Source of the DNA: Takakia lepidozioides
Lineage: Eukaryota > Plantae > Bryophyta
Direction of reading: 5' to 3'
DNA length: 64,000 nucleotides
NCBI GenBank assembly: GCA_030704615.1
Contig: CM060731.1
Coordinates: 46,934,001-46,998,000, forward strand
Both the position numbers and the translations under genes were made by a program. Positions 12,588-26,640 of the stretch are shown in pieces. Below the pieces are notes generated by a model. The model saw only the letters and a program-made list of their open reading frames with translations, ran no database searches and had not been told where the DNA came from. Numbering within the stretch: the first letter of the stretch is position 1; each line of letters starts with the position of its first letter.

Positions 12588-15500
12588 TCAATCACTCTCA
12601 TCTCCCATCACACTGTAATGACCCACATTGCCAGCCTGAAATTCACACAAAACAAAACTTCCATTATCAACACGCAGCAAAGAGTAAAAGGCTTCCACCA
12701 ACCTCCGTGTATGCAACCAACAAGTCGCCCGTGAACAAGTGCAGGTGTACGATAAACTTTGGGACAGGTTTTCCAAGTCAAATACAAAGAAATCAACTAA
12801 TATCCTTTTTGCGGCTAGACTTTTCACATAGACTTTCACACAGACTTCCACATAGGCACCCTCATCAACATCTTACGCAGATGCACAATAAGCAACAGTC
12901 CCGAGATAAGAAGAGAGAAGGGCCATTGACAAGGATGGGACAGAGAGAAAGATAGAAGAAAAATGAATACCTGGACCTTCAATCGGCTGCGGTTCAGCGC
13001 CTGGGTACGTGCCTTACTTATCACTGAATTTGGTGATAAGAGTAACCTCTGCAGACCATGTCAACCATAGTGAGAACCCAGTAGTCACCACCAGAAAGTC
13101 ACACTCGGATGGGAGCAACATGACATGCACAGGTCACTGCTCGGTAAAACCTAGGTGCAGATCTTGACTGGCAATCAGGATTAGGTCACCATCAACAAAT
13201 ATGAGAATCCCAATTAAGAAGAGCAGTAGATTAATTTGCCAGCAGTGTTGAGTGTACCTTTTCCTTTGTACTGAGTGCCTGCCGTTTCTCAGCCCGTGGA
13301 ATGAAGTCAAAAATTTCGTGCAGCAGTGCATTCTCCTGCTCACACCACAAACATAGTACTTAGCCTTCCTCTGTACAAAGGCTGATCATTTTACTGGTCT
13401 GCCTCTCTTACCATGTAAAGTCTGCATGGCCCATACAGCTTACTCTTTCTCAGAAGAGTCAAAACCGCAAATTTAAAAGACTCACCTGCATAAACAATTA
13501 CAACCAAGATTCGAAAGTACCCATGAAATAGCAGTTCTTCGCAAATTAGGAGATTACAATGTTGAGATTCAAAGTTTCATGACACAAACCTGCATATGCT
13601 TTTGAAATCCCTCCGCAAGAAATCGCCGCAATGCATTCAACTGCAGATTCAACAGATACTACTTAGAATCCATCAGTACCACCTCTCACCCTAGCAGATA
13701 CAGATTGTCGACACACTCCCTCCAGTTTTACAGGCAAACCTTCGTGTGATTTCAAGTAAGAATTTAGAATTCTACGGGATTGTAGAAAGCACACACAAGA
13801 AGAAACAAAATACCTGAATTATTTGACTCCACGTGCTAACTTTTAATACATCACCCTGACGTAGCTTAACAGAGACCTCACGGGGCACTCCATCCTGCAC
13901 AACGTTTTAAAAAGTATTATGTACATCCAAAGTCGGTCCAATGATGAACATCTTAGGGATCTCCAAGCCTGGTACATTAAATTTGTCGTTCATTACCCAT
14001 TGAGTATTTCCCAGCAATTAGTCTTGGCAAGGAGGGCATGGAGACGGGGTCATATGCACCGCAGTCTTGGATAACTTCAAACTCCATGAACCAAAAACCT
14101 ATCTCCTGCTTCTCCTAGCCCACCTTTGACATCTCCTCTTGACTGCAAACACATGTATATCTCTCTGTGCAGAGATCAACTAGTGAACCAAAAGAAGAAA
14201 ATGACTAGACTTTTTGTATGGTGGGGACCATGCACACCAACACACACAAGAGAAACAGAATCTTGTACGTACCTCAATAGTTGCAAGAAGATCACGGAAC
14301 AAGCTGCGCTCAACAGCCCTCTCTTTGCGTGGCTGGCCCTTGCCACCAGCATGTACAGACAACGCCTTCATTTGCTCCACCACCTGGGCTTCAGTTGCGT
14401 CCAATGTTTTCCCAGCATACCCTCCCACCTTCTTCTTTGCCAGCTTGCTATCTTCAAGCACAGCTTCGCTGTCAGATTCTGAGTTATCATCTTCTGAGAT
14501 AAGGGCTTTTGTGGTCTCACATAGAAGAGCAACTGCCTCCCCCGCAGCTGTACGGACAGCTAGATCAGCACCATTCAACAAAGTTGATAAAGTTGGAAGG
14601 CTCCTGAAAATGAAAGTGAGACATGTGAAAACCTACATTGATCAACTCAAATCGACATGAACAGAATGTATAGAAGGTATGTGTAGATCAAGAAAGGCTT
14701 TCTCAATATTTCTGATTGCTTAACAATTGACTAAAACTTGTTACTCTAACCCAAGGTGTGATATAGTCAGAGGACACGGCCAGCCACTAAGGGAGAGTGT
14801 ATGTCAAAAGTGTTGATGCAGAACGCCCAGGCTTGTCTAAGAACCAGGCACCAATGATTTCTTAGTTGTATTCTTCTTGTGCGTAGGTTATAGACTTACA
14901 ACTGTAAATGATGAGCTGCAATGCGACTTGAGTGCAGTGTGGAAAGAAGCAAAGACCACGCAGACAATGCAGCTGCCTTCACTGCTCCTGAAGGCGAGTT
15001 TGTACCCAATGTCTGCATACATTGAAAAAGTACTGTTAGATCCAACATCTCAAATACCTGAAAAACCTAAAATTTCAACCATCAACATCTGGAGCAAATG
15101 GACAAGAAACTGGCATACACAAAATAGAGCTGTAGTAAGCTGGCATACCTGAGCTGAAGAGTCATTGCCCTTGTGAGTAAAAACCTGCCAAAGAGTAGCC
15201 ATTGTAGTCTCTGTACCATCCGCATCAATCGCCCCAACAAAACACAATATTGCCATAGCCTCCAGTGCCTGCCCAAAATGCAGAGTTTCAGTCAAGCTCT
15301 ACAAGACAGACATATGAAGATGCCTTAATTCTAACCCAAGAGACTTTAGGCATCATTGCCTTCATGGCAACTTACCCTTTGCTTCTTCTGGTTTTGCTCA
15401 AGTGTTACATGAAGACTTTTTCTAATAAAATTTGATCATCGGCGGTGCAGCAAAGCTCCTCCGCAAGAGAGGCAAAAGAGAAAGAATGGACAGAAGACAG

Positions 15501-18398
15501 GAAAACAAAGGAGACAAAAGTACTAGACAAAACACGTATTAAAACAAGAATTGTACAGTGAAAGAAAAGTGAAGAGTTGGATGCCCTACAGAAATCCGGG
15601 CTGCAGGTGAAGAGCCAAGCTTGGCAACTTTGGCCAAATGTGGCGAAGCCTCTGCCAACACTTGATGCGCAATATCCCCTGCCCCTGCAGTTAAAACTAA
15701 CAACCCTGCAACAACACAATGGAGACTTGAGAAGACATCTTCTAAGGTTTATATTTCAGTGGGTATTTAAATTTCTACTTTTTTAGTACTTACATCCCTG
15801 GGGACTCTCCTTGAAAATAGGCTTGGAGCAACAGGGTATAGAACACTCCAACAGTCAGAACTAACAAGCCAATACACCACAGGGTGGTCTGAGCCCAACC
15901 TATTTCCATTAGCACTGTCAGAGAGAGAGAGGTTGGCTTGCCAATAGACCCCGGTAAATCTCCAGCCCTCAACAAAAAGAAGGCCCTCAAATGTTGTCAA
16001 AGGATGTCTGTTTAGCCTAACCTATTAGTCCCCAGATGAGAGATCAGTGAAGTGATGGTAAAGATTTTATAGGTTTGTGCTACACTTCATGTTACAAAAT
16101 AGACAACAAAGTGCATAAAAAACACACCAAGTGCACGTGCTCCTAGAATCGTTTCTGAGGACCCTCCACGCTTCACAGATCCGATAAACAGATGTGATAG
16201 TGTTTCATACCTGCACATGCAAACAGGCAGTAGACATAAGAAGTGTGTAAACCAACAGAATGTACTCACGCCGTTCCCTGCGAGCGTTGGCTTGCCATAC
16301 CCTTACGGCCATTGACCCCGTGGGAGACTAACCCTCTGGTAAACCAAGCGAATGTACTCATAAGACATTGTTTGCCGTAGCCTTGTAGCCATTGACCAAG
16401 AGAGAGAGCCTGTGAGACCATCATACACCGCACAATCACAAGACATGATATGTATAACTTGCAGGCTTCATACAGCTGACATTGCACATATAACGGAAAT
16501 AATCAATAAAGACTGTGTAAGGGGACAGATTGGCAGAGATGGTAAAGAGCCAACATACTTTTCCTCTGAAAACTCAACCAGAACATTACTTGTAAAAGCG
16601 CCAACCAAGCCCTTCAGCCCTGCCTCTCTCGTGCTTGCCCTGCATCCCACCAAGTCACCATCTTCAGCCTCTAGAAAGGCGTGAAAATCAAGAAGGAAAC
16701 TGAGAAAACGGACAGAGAAACTGTGCACTTCCTAGCAACAAGGGTCAAGGCCTACATATCAAGCCCTAACACAGAAGCGCATCTACAATAGACTACACTA
16801 AAGGACTGCAAATACAAAACTGTCGCTGCAGTTTCAACACGTCATGAAAGAACTGAAGCAAGGGATCAGAAAATTTATGTAGAAAATTTTAACCTAGAGT
16901 GCCAATCCTTGCAGTCAAGATGCAAGTACCTCTTCTCATAGAGAGCATCAATGAAGCTATCCATCACTGTGCTCTCATCTTGCTCCTCTTCAATGTCTGG
17001 AGTCACCCCCAGGTCCGACGAACCTCCTGTGGATGTGGTGCTTAGGGTGTCGTCATCGGTATTGTCATCAACCCTAGCAAGCCTCCGCTGTTGAGTCCTG
17101 CCTGCATACCCGCAACCACAATTACCTTAGCGACCACTTCCATAGTGCAAATAGCCTCCTCCTCCCCAACGACACTTTTCCTGGCTAGGCGACCCAACTG
17201 TCTGCATTCTAAGTGAATCCAGAAGACCATGCAATCCCAAATACTGTACCCCTGGACAATGCTGGGAAAAAGTGAAGCAAAAATAAAAAACAAGGTCAGC
17301 AGTCTACCACAGGCCTTGTTCATGCACATAAGGAGGAGACCTCAATTCCCGACATGCCCAAAGGGTTTCACTGTCTCAGAAGAGGGCACATGCCAAGATG
17401 TGCCCTTTCACTACATTCTTCAATTGAAAGGGAATCTTGGTCAAGACTTAAGGTAGTTTGTGCAATCTGGTGCCATAATTGTGGAGCCTATCAGTGAGGA
17501 ATTACCCTTCACACCAACAGACCATGGGGAGACCTGTCACTCAAATCTGAGGAGACAAAAAACGACTCAAAAATCTACTACGAACTGAAAAAATCAACCC
17601 TACCCTTCGAAACAAGCTGCATCCTCAAGAAAAATGCACTAATATGAACTCTCTCAGACACCTCATTATAAGTACAAGGCATAATGAATTCTGCTCATCT
17701 AATGACCATCATGACAGCAGGTCTATCATGGTCAATCAGATGCCCAAACCCAGGATACAATAGCACGAGACACTAATAAGACTTTCAGCATTAGGGTGCA
17801 CATGCAATCACCAAACCTTGGCTCTCTCATTCTTGCCTTGCAGTGACCTGGAACTTACCCTACTACACCTTGATCAAAATTGACAAAAAGGAGGTGCTAG
17901 CAACACAGTGTTCAAATATCCACCTCTTCAGTAAAAGGTTTGGTATGGACAGATCCTTCACCCAATCCCAAGTACCTCCCAGAGAAAACACAATCTCTTT
18001 AAGCTACTTCCACTTTACAGGCAACCTAAATGCCCTCATAAAAGCTAGGAAACATCTACTCCCGCAAACTTAGGCATGAAGATGGGCAAATGAATGCATA
18101 TCCAGCAAAAATTGGCTGATAGAATACCATTACAAATGACGTCAGACCTTAGAGCATCAACCCAGTTACACTCCTCTATCTACTTAACTCTAAATATATA
18201 ACACAGAACGATTCCGGCTAAGAAAGGATGCTTGTTAAGACACGTCTCAGTCGTTCACGCAAACTGGAGCGACTGCGACCATAAACCTGCTTGCAATTGT
18301 GGCACCAATCTCTCTATCCCTCTATTGTGGCAACGATCAGCAGTTTCCTAAGCAACTTGAAACAGAAGAATAAAACGACAGAACTTACTTCTCCCCAT
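12588..18398 (-). CDS. Interferon-related developmental regulator (IFRD) family protein
   Basis: Approximate exons: 18398-18389 (MGR), 17101-16930 (..FIDALYEKR), 16639-16559 (ASTREAGL), ~16210-16128, 15705-15590, ~15268-15148, ~14990-14900 (AALSAWSLLLST), ~14603-14272 (VRTAAGEAVAL), ~13895-13815, ~13640-13590 (LNALRRFLAEGFQKHMQ), ~13335-13257 (ENALLHEIFDF), ~13050-12971 (KARTQ), ~12635-12588 (..GDESD*). Confidence 0.9.
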
Positions 18399-18554
18399 GG
18401 TGTCTTCACGAAATCAACGCCACCGAACCCTGCGCTCTGGCCTTACAGAGTACACCTGCGCGAGCGGCACGGCAACTCCTTCCAGGAACTCCTCAGCGAC
18501 CGCTCCCAATCCAGCAGCGACGATAGTGAAATATTTCCAGATTCCTCGGACAAA

Positions 18555-18846
18555 GTCTCCATATACAGACTCGAAAAAAATGCTAATCAAAAAATATATA
18601 GAGTCCTACAGCATTAGAACCCTTTTCATACACCTAAGGCCAACTCTAACAAGGACTGGTCTCCATATCAGACTTGAGAAAAATACTAGTCAAAATTTTA
18701 CAGAGTTCTACAGCATTAGAACCCTTTATACATCCCTAAGGCCTAACAAGGACTAGTCTCCATATCAGACTTGAGAAAAATACTAATCAAGATTTTATAG
18801 AGTTCTAAAGCATTAGAACCCTTTATACATCCCTGAGGCCAACTCT
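18555..18846. repeat. Three tandem copies of a ~96-104 bp unit upstream of IFRD
   Basis: Unit GTCTCCATAT..CAGACT..AAAAAT.CTA.TCAA..AGAGT.CTA.AGCATTAGAACCCTTT..CCT.AGGCC repeats three times. Confidence 0.85.
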
Positions 18847-20398
18847 TAAAGCATAACTCTGATAAGCATAATCCTCAACAGACGAGAACACCTCTTCTCT
18901 AGCTCTGATTCAGAACCCTTCCCACGACAATGAAGGGGAGAGACGAAGTAGTTCCCAAGCTCTCTTTGTTCTCATTACCTACACCTCCAGATATGAATGA
19001 CCCAAAGCTTGCTTTAGCATCCTCCACAATTGGCACCTAAATTCTGCGTGCAGAAAGCAATCTGTGCAGAAGAAGTAAATTGCCCTCTTCTGATGCCCCT
19101 ACAAGTACTGCTTTTTTAGCTACGTGGACTCGCCCCCCCTGTCTTTACCCGTAAATTTAGAAACGAAAAAAAACGTAACGTTTCCGCAACCCTTGCATCA
19201 CCATGCCCACATTAGAAAAGCTTCCTCGCGAAGCTTTCAATCCATGCAAGACGAAGCAAAGATGGCAGCAGCATGAGAAACTGCAGCGATCCAGCACGCC
19301 ATGAGGGCCCTCGAATCCCTCGTGAAGCTTCCCCGCTTCCCGTAAACGTGTCAATAGGTTGCCAAAAAAGTGGCCGGAATCGCCACGCCAGCGATGCTCG
19401 CCTGCACGTGGCAGGCATATGCCGGGATCCATCTGCATAGGTACTCTGACAGACACGTGGCCATGCTTTAGTAGCGGTTATCTCAAGACCACAGCTTGTT
19501 CCAAGCAGCAGCCGAGCCTAAGTCATTCAGAGCCCACTTCCACATTCTTCCTTGCGAAGTCAACTAGTTCATGGGCTCTAAGGAAATCATTGAAAGCAGG
19601 TGTGGGGCCTTCATCCTCTGGGAAGGCGAAGTCCCCAAAGCCTCTTGGAGCCCATGTTTTGGTGGAATGACCGCACGATTGCTGAGAGGATCAGCATATT
19701 GATTGCTCACAGGATCAGCTCCCTGCGAGAGAGAGACCTCATTAAGAGCAGCCATTGCTCTTGCTCGGTTCTCAAGCTGTGTCTGACGCCCGAGTCGCTA
19801 AGTATACAAATCAACACAGCAATCAGTGGTCGTGGCAGCACTCCCAGATTCTCTGGAGGGTATTGATCAGGGTAAGTAATCACTTTCGGGTTGATCAAGA
19901 ATCGGCGGATATTGGATTTTGAAAAAGTGATGTTATGGGGCCTGGACACTTCATTACCCATTCATGAATGACGATGGTAGCGGTGGGAAAGGACAACGAC
20001 AAAAAAGGAAACAATCTTTCACAGATTCAGATGTAATCACTTGTGTGGTGGGAGCAGACAGGGGCTCAGCCATGATCCACATTGAAAGATGCTAGACATG
20101 TGTGTAACAAGGTTATGGAGCTTGACTGCTGGAGCATATGAACTCAAGAATGTGACAATACTGCACGCATAACACTTACAACTGTGAGCCTTGCTTGTTA
20201 GCTTTTCTGGTGGCTTAATACGGCGTTCAACAAGTTGTTAGCTAGTCCTTTACCCTACGACCCAGTGATATCCTTGCTGTCAGTTTGATTAACAACACAT
20301 TTAAGAGGTTTACATTACGTCTAGTATCAACAGGCACCACAGATGACTAAACAGTCTATCTCCTAATGCACATAGTGAACGAGCTTGCTTATTCTAAA

Positions 20399-23300
20399 TC
20401 ACAACTCGGTGTGAGGGTCTGTGGTCGAGTGGTCTCTCGGCTTCTCATAACTTGCAAAAGCCCGAATTATCTCTTCGTATATCGTGATTCCCTTCACATA
20501 CTCGCCCACGTTCAAAAACTGCATGCCACAGTGTATACATGCGTGTGACAGGCAAATAACTCACTCTCGGGCGTACCGACTTTAAAGTCCTCTGTAAACA
20601 TTGGCTATGACAAATTACGAAGGCACACAATTGCTATGGGGTTGGTCATGTAGTTCTAACCTATCAAGATATGAATATTAGACCAGATTCTGCCAAGTAC
20701 TTTGCGGACTCCCAAACTACAAAGCAGTCGGCATGGACATCAGACCACAATTCCAGCATTCCTCCTGTAAGCTTCTCTACATTTGACATAGACTTTACAC
20801 ATTTTGGTATCAGAGTCAGTGAAGGAGAGTGAAGGAGGGCCATGAATAGGGTATTTCTGCATCTGACAGAAGGCATATAGAAGGTTCAAAGCTACGGATA
20901 CTAACCTCATTGTGAGCATGCAGCAGGACTGGTGTATTGGCCATTGGTGAGAATCCAAATGCAGGTATTCCTTCATTACGAATATAACGTGCATCTGTTG
21001 CTGCCGCAAAGATTTCCGGATTACCAAGCTTTCCTCCAGCCTTGGACACAGCATCCTTCAGAAGCACCCACCATGGGTTTGAATCATCTGCAAGTGTCAC
21101 TGAAGGATGCCCATGCCTGTCTCGTGGGTCCGCTTTTTGCACAAACTGTCAACCATAGAAAGCCAACCATCACAGCCTTAGGTTGCAAATATTTTCCTGT
21201 GGCAGAAAATTTCCTATCCTCATGTACGCAAGCCATCTAGTCCACAAATCAAGAGGACAATGATCGTACAGATCCTGTTGGCAAGAAGAACTGCCTACGA
21301 AGGGGATGTTAGAGAGACCCAAGGCAACTTAATATACATGTTTCAGGCCGGTAAGTCACTTGGGGTCAGCATTCGCAAAATTCTAATTACCCAAACCAAA
21401 ATCTGAAATCTGTCAAGAAGAGATTCCACACTAGTTGTAAGTCAGTACCCACATGGAAGAGATAACCCTCTGGGTAAGCTCAAGTCCCCACTACACATAA
21501 CAGCTGATGCCAGCCGTACCTGCACAACAACAGCTGCACGGACAATGCAAAGCAAGGGTGGTGCGCCATAAACATACCAAAGAGGATGCAAGGTTTACTT
21601 TGGGTGAAAAGGCAGATGGCCTGACCCCAAGGCTACCAGACAATATCTAGCTAGATCCCTTACACCAGGTGGACCCCTGCACCATCACATGATTATGTCC
21701 AATCACATACCCTCTCCATCTTCATGACCAGCTTGCCAGCCTACCTGCCTCTATGTGCATCGTGTGAGCCACTTGGGATGGACTGTATTGCAGCAGCTCC
21801 ACTACACGAAAAGGATTTACCATGCGACTTACCTCTGAAACAGTCGCGGATGGAGCAGGGATGGAAGTGAGCAAGCAACAAGACAGAGAGATGTGCTGAT
21901 TACACTGTTGTTGGCTTAGCCTTATGGCACATTGAGGCGGGCAGCTTACTCTTAAGTTTGAACTTCAGCTGAGGGCCCAGTGTGGTAATGCCTTTCAGGT
22001 AATCCTTGAATGCCACTTGCTCACATTGTGAAGAGATTGCAGTGGATTTCTGCCGCTTCATTTTGTTCATTTTAAAGCTGCATGTCCTCTTAGCCTAATC
22101 CTCGAGCCCGATCTACTGAACAAGCTTCTCTTGAAAGCCACACAGACCAACAGAGATAGAGAGAGAGAGAGACCTTGTAGGTGAGGTTGCGTGAAGCTGG
22201 GGCCCATTCTTCACTGATGTGCCTCTCGAGCTCTTTACAATCTGCCAATGGCGGCAAGCGGATGTCGAACCCTGCCTCTGCTTCTGACGGTTGAAGATTC
22301 ATCACAAATCCCTGCATTGGAGTGTATCCCCAAACATTAATACTACTCTTCAACTTTGGCCACTAGAGATGTACTCATAAGACTTGTTTGTCATAGCCTT
22401 GTGGCCATAGACCCCGCGCCCAGTTTCGGCGAAACAAAAGGGACCGAAACTACCTTAGTGAGGGGCTCACTCCGTAGTATGACTTACCTTGATACAAACA
22501 ATTAATTCGGGCTTTCCAGATATCCTCTAGGAAGCCCTTCACATAAGCATCAATCTGCTGTGTGTGAGCAGCCCAAAAGTTAGCCCTCACAGGGCCAGGG
22601 CTTTGGGCTCAGCCTCAAGATTTTGAAAGCTGGTGAACAGAGGTGCCAGACAATGTTCTTGATTGTCCTGAAGAGGGTCACTCGCTGGTGAGAATATCCC
22701 AGACAATGTATCAGAAAACAGACTTTGGCCACTAAAGAGCAGGTGTGGCAGCAATCATGCTGGTAAGAGGAAAGAGTAATCAAAAGAAAGCATTCCACGC
22801 CCATTTTCAAGAGAATCAGAAGGGTAAGACATCTTGAGACAGTATTCTAGAGAATTTCCAGCTCGGGATCTACACCTGGCTAATCTGAAGGATCCTCAAC
22901 TTTGTCAATCTCTCGAGACTTTGAACACATGGGGCAAGGCACCATATTCGTATCAACGGCATTTCAAAACAAACAACCATCCAAAAACATTCCAGTACAA
23001 CTAAAGAGGTGGGATAGGAAAGGACTACATACCGTCAGAGTTGGAGATCCGGACTTGAGGTATACATTGTTGATTGATATGACCTCTCCCTCCGCCTCAA
23101 GACCCGCCTTCACCAAATTGAACTGTGACTCCCTAAACTTGGATATTCTCTCCAAACTTTTGAGTAAATTCTCAAATGCAGTGTTATCATACATTTTAGC
23201 CCCATGCCCAGGTGCTCCAACAGATTTTATCTCTAGCCACCAGGGGGCTCTTTCTCCATTGAAAACACGATAATTTTCACTAGGTGAGGCCAACCCCTCA

Positions 23301-24558
23301 TCTAGGCTTACCCCTATGTTGAGTTTGGAGAATTCTAATGAAGAGACAAACTTGCATGCCCCATCAACTCCACCAACTTCTTCATCTGGAACAAAAGAAA
23401 GGTGAACAGTGCGGAGGGGATGGAAGCCTTTTTCTTTCAAGTTTCGAATCGCTTCCAGGTACTGCATTCCCAAACATTTCATGTCTTGGGAGCCCCTAGC
23501 AAAAATGTTGCCATCAACATCCTGCAGCCAAAAAGTTTCTCCAATTTAATAACAGAGCAAACAAATAGTCAGGACATATGAAATTCCATGTTGTGTTTAT
23601 GGGTTGGTGGAGGAAAGGATGTCCGTAGCAACTCATGTGAACTTTGGCGATGGCACACCCTTGAGGACGTCCTCCCGCCTTAGTCTTCCTCTAAAATTGT
23701 GGGTGTTCTGCAGCTGTAGAGAAAGACTGCTGTATACAGCCATTTTCCCCTTGTTCCGTGAACACCACTCAGGTTCACTCCAGCACTGCTCAGCACTGAT
23801 GTGTTTGTGTGAGAGAAGAGAGAGCTAGAAGTATCATATTCTGCTACAAAGCACAGTGTTCAGGAATACAGACAAACTATTGGACAAAATTTGCCATATC
23901 CTGCTCTAAGACCCTGAACCAAGATGGGACATCGTGCACAAGAAGCCATACACATACTACGAGAAAGCTACAACGTGTGTACACGATTCCCAAATAAAGT
24001 AACACTCCTGGATCAAAAGACTTATCAGGGCCTAGAACTGGAACGCTGCTTCTTGCCACAATGAGTGAACTTCAGCGCCTGCTACTTGCTATTTGTATCC
24101 CACTTTGCTACAAATCCAACAATACGAATCAAGCGTACCTGCGCCGCAGAGAAAGGCTCGTGCACCCATTTGTCCAATTCTGCAGGAACAACATCTGTGT
24201 GCGAATTCAGCAAAATCGATGGCAGCAATGGGTCCCTTCCTTTCCATGTGAGTAACACTACGGGCTTATCCCGCACAAATTCAAGTGACTCGTAGTCCAG
24301 CCCGATTGCTTGGGCTTGCGAGTGTAAAAATTCTGCCGCGGGCTTGTAATTTGGATTTGGGTGAACCGTGTCTATTCTCAAGTAAGCTTTGAATCTACCC
24401 ACCGGGCCATCTTCCGCAATAGCAGAGCTAGGCGCCACAATTGCCCAAAGGATGACGATAATGGAAGGGGCAAGTGTCCAGAGTTTGGCGGGTTTTGAAA
24501 ATTGTGCTTTGTTGATATCTTTGCGGGTCACTGCCTGGGTTGGAATGGGTAGCGTCAT
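20399..24558 (-). CDS. ACY1: Aminoacylase-1 (peptidase M20 family)
   Basis: Exons 24558-24139, 23521-23033, 22311-22174, 21145-20906, 20518-20399. Motifs LLNSHTDVVP, ARGSQDMK, VPDEEVGG, DEG, GHGAKMYD, AATDARY and LLHAHNE. N-terminal hydrophobic signal; C-terminus ends PHTEL*. Confidence 0.95.
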
Positions 24559-25488
24559 CTATCCCAGCTACGACTGCTGATACAGTTCCAAGATTGTCAC
24601 AGGCTGTTTTGGTTCGGTTCACTGTCATAAACCAGCCCCCCTTGCAATTTCTCTGCAACTGCTACAGTTGACAGGTACAAAGCAAAACTTTGAGAGAAAC
24701 AACAAAACTTCTCAACGTCCACCTGAGGAACCCCAATGGCTAGCGACAGAGAGTTGTGGACAGTGCGCACAAGTAGACAAGACAAATTGGAAGACGGAGA
24801 AGAAGATGAAGAAAGACTAAGATTAAGACGAAGATTAAGGCGAAGAGCGACGAAGATTCCAACGACGAGTATCTTAGTCACGTAGCGCACCGGTGAAGGG
24901 ATCTTGCCGTCGTGTCACTCTCCCACAGGCTGAGAGTCCGGAAGATGGCCCAATGAGGTAACTACTTAATGCACTCGTGCCATCTGACGGTACTTTCGCC
25001 GGGTTCCGGCAGCATGGGCTCCTCCGGCGGGGGCCCTGTCAAATCTTCCCCACCCCCTCTTACGGTTTCACTATTAAATACTTAAGAATCCAAGAGGATT
25101 TTCTTGCTATGGTGGCCCCTGGATGGGCTGTGTGTTGAGCAGTAAATTCACTGGATGTTAAAGAAACTTTATCTTTATTCCATGTCACTCTCAAGAGAAG
25201 GTGGGGAAGATTTGACATGGCGGAGACTGGCGTACCATACCATCCAGGGGAACCTCGTCAGTTCGGCGATGGATAGAACTGAGAATCAGGAAAGTCCTGC
25301 TTCTCCTGTCCGAGTTGAGGCGGTTGGGCATGCTCTTAACCCCGGCTCAAGGATGAGGCGACCCGACCCCAATCAACTCGTTTCAGATTTCATCCACGTG
25401 TAATTTTCATGGATGATAGTGGATGGAAGTGAACCCTGAAGATATCTGGTGCATAATAATATTTGTCGCCTCCCCAAGGAAGTGTAAA

Positions 25489-26640
25489 TTATAGTATCAC
25501 TTCACCCCAAAGGGTTATTCCCTTCCTATAGGAAGGTCGATACCTTTGTGACACCAAAGGTGGATTGAACCCACAACCACTTCCCAGGTGGTGGTATGTG
25601 CCCATTACCACTTGGCAGCTACTACTGCAGGCTCTCTCTTCCTCTTTTCCTGATTTGGAAGCTTCACACCTAACTTCTCGCAAATCCTTTTCAACTCCTT
25701 CTTTTCTCCTTGAGAAAATGTTGGGTACATCTTCAAGGGAGGACATTTGTGCATGGGGCATGATTGTCTTACGCGATGGTAGCTCAGACTATTCTTGTCC
25801 TTGAAATTAGCATCACAGTACTTGCAGAAGAATGGACGCCTCTCAAAACCCAAGTACTCCTCTCGTCGACAATCAATATGAGCTTCCACAACAAGTCTTT
25901 CGTACTCTGATTCAGTAAAGTACTCCATACACTTTGTCCTCCCTTGTTTCATCTTGCATTTTATTATCCTCTCCTTGTTGTTGATCCTTCCGAACACCTG
26001 CACCCCTCCATTGAGTTAGGGTTGGACCACATGATAATGCTGCAACATGTTCTACGGACTTTTGGAACTCATTATTCAAATCCAAATTCGGCACACAAAA
26101 TTGTGGTTGAGAACTCACCCCTTCCACCCATCCAATGGTCGCCTTCTCCAAGACCACCCGTGCGTTTTCATGCACTTGAGAAGCATCATAGACAGAAATT
26201 GCTGGTGGGCTGCCATGACTTATGTTGGCATTGGCTTGTTGAGCGTGACCATCAACTATGAGGTCAACTTGTGCTTCATTAATCGTTGTCAAGGCCATGG
26301 TACTGCCATCCTCTTTACTCCATACCCCATCATCTCAATAGCCTAAGCACCTGTACATGCAAACGATCATATAGAACGTGAACTTCAAATGTCCCACTAG
26401 ACTAATGTTATGGCAACTGATTCTCATCACTGGCTTGGGTGACATCCTTCTGGAGGTTCCATTTCTTCCATAGAGCTATTTCCACTGATTAATCATGTGC
26501 AATGCTCTTCAATCCTGGAAACTATGAGCAAACTATCAGAAAATAAAGCATGTTCTTCTTCAGCAGTTGTGATGAAGAGGGAAAGCTCCTTACTTTTCCA
26601 CCTATTCCTGCAGCTGACACGACAACCCGCTTGTCCTTCA
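25489..26640 (-). pseudogene. Frameshifted relic with a single C2H2/C2HC-type zinc finger, possibly TE-derived
   Basis: ERRPFFCKYCDANFKDKNSLSYHRVRQSC in ORF 25605-26003. Adjacent ORF pieces lie in other frames with stops. Confidence 0.45.

Noticed and set aside
15846-15871. Alternative IFRD exon (GLLVLTVG look-alike)
   Set aside because: No AG acceptor in the required phase. The true exon begins at 15705 with GLLVLTAG.
19200-19960. Coding-looking GC-richer stretch between IFRD and ACY1
   Set aside because: All frames are interrupted and I recognise no motif. It may be an old relic but cannot be supported.
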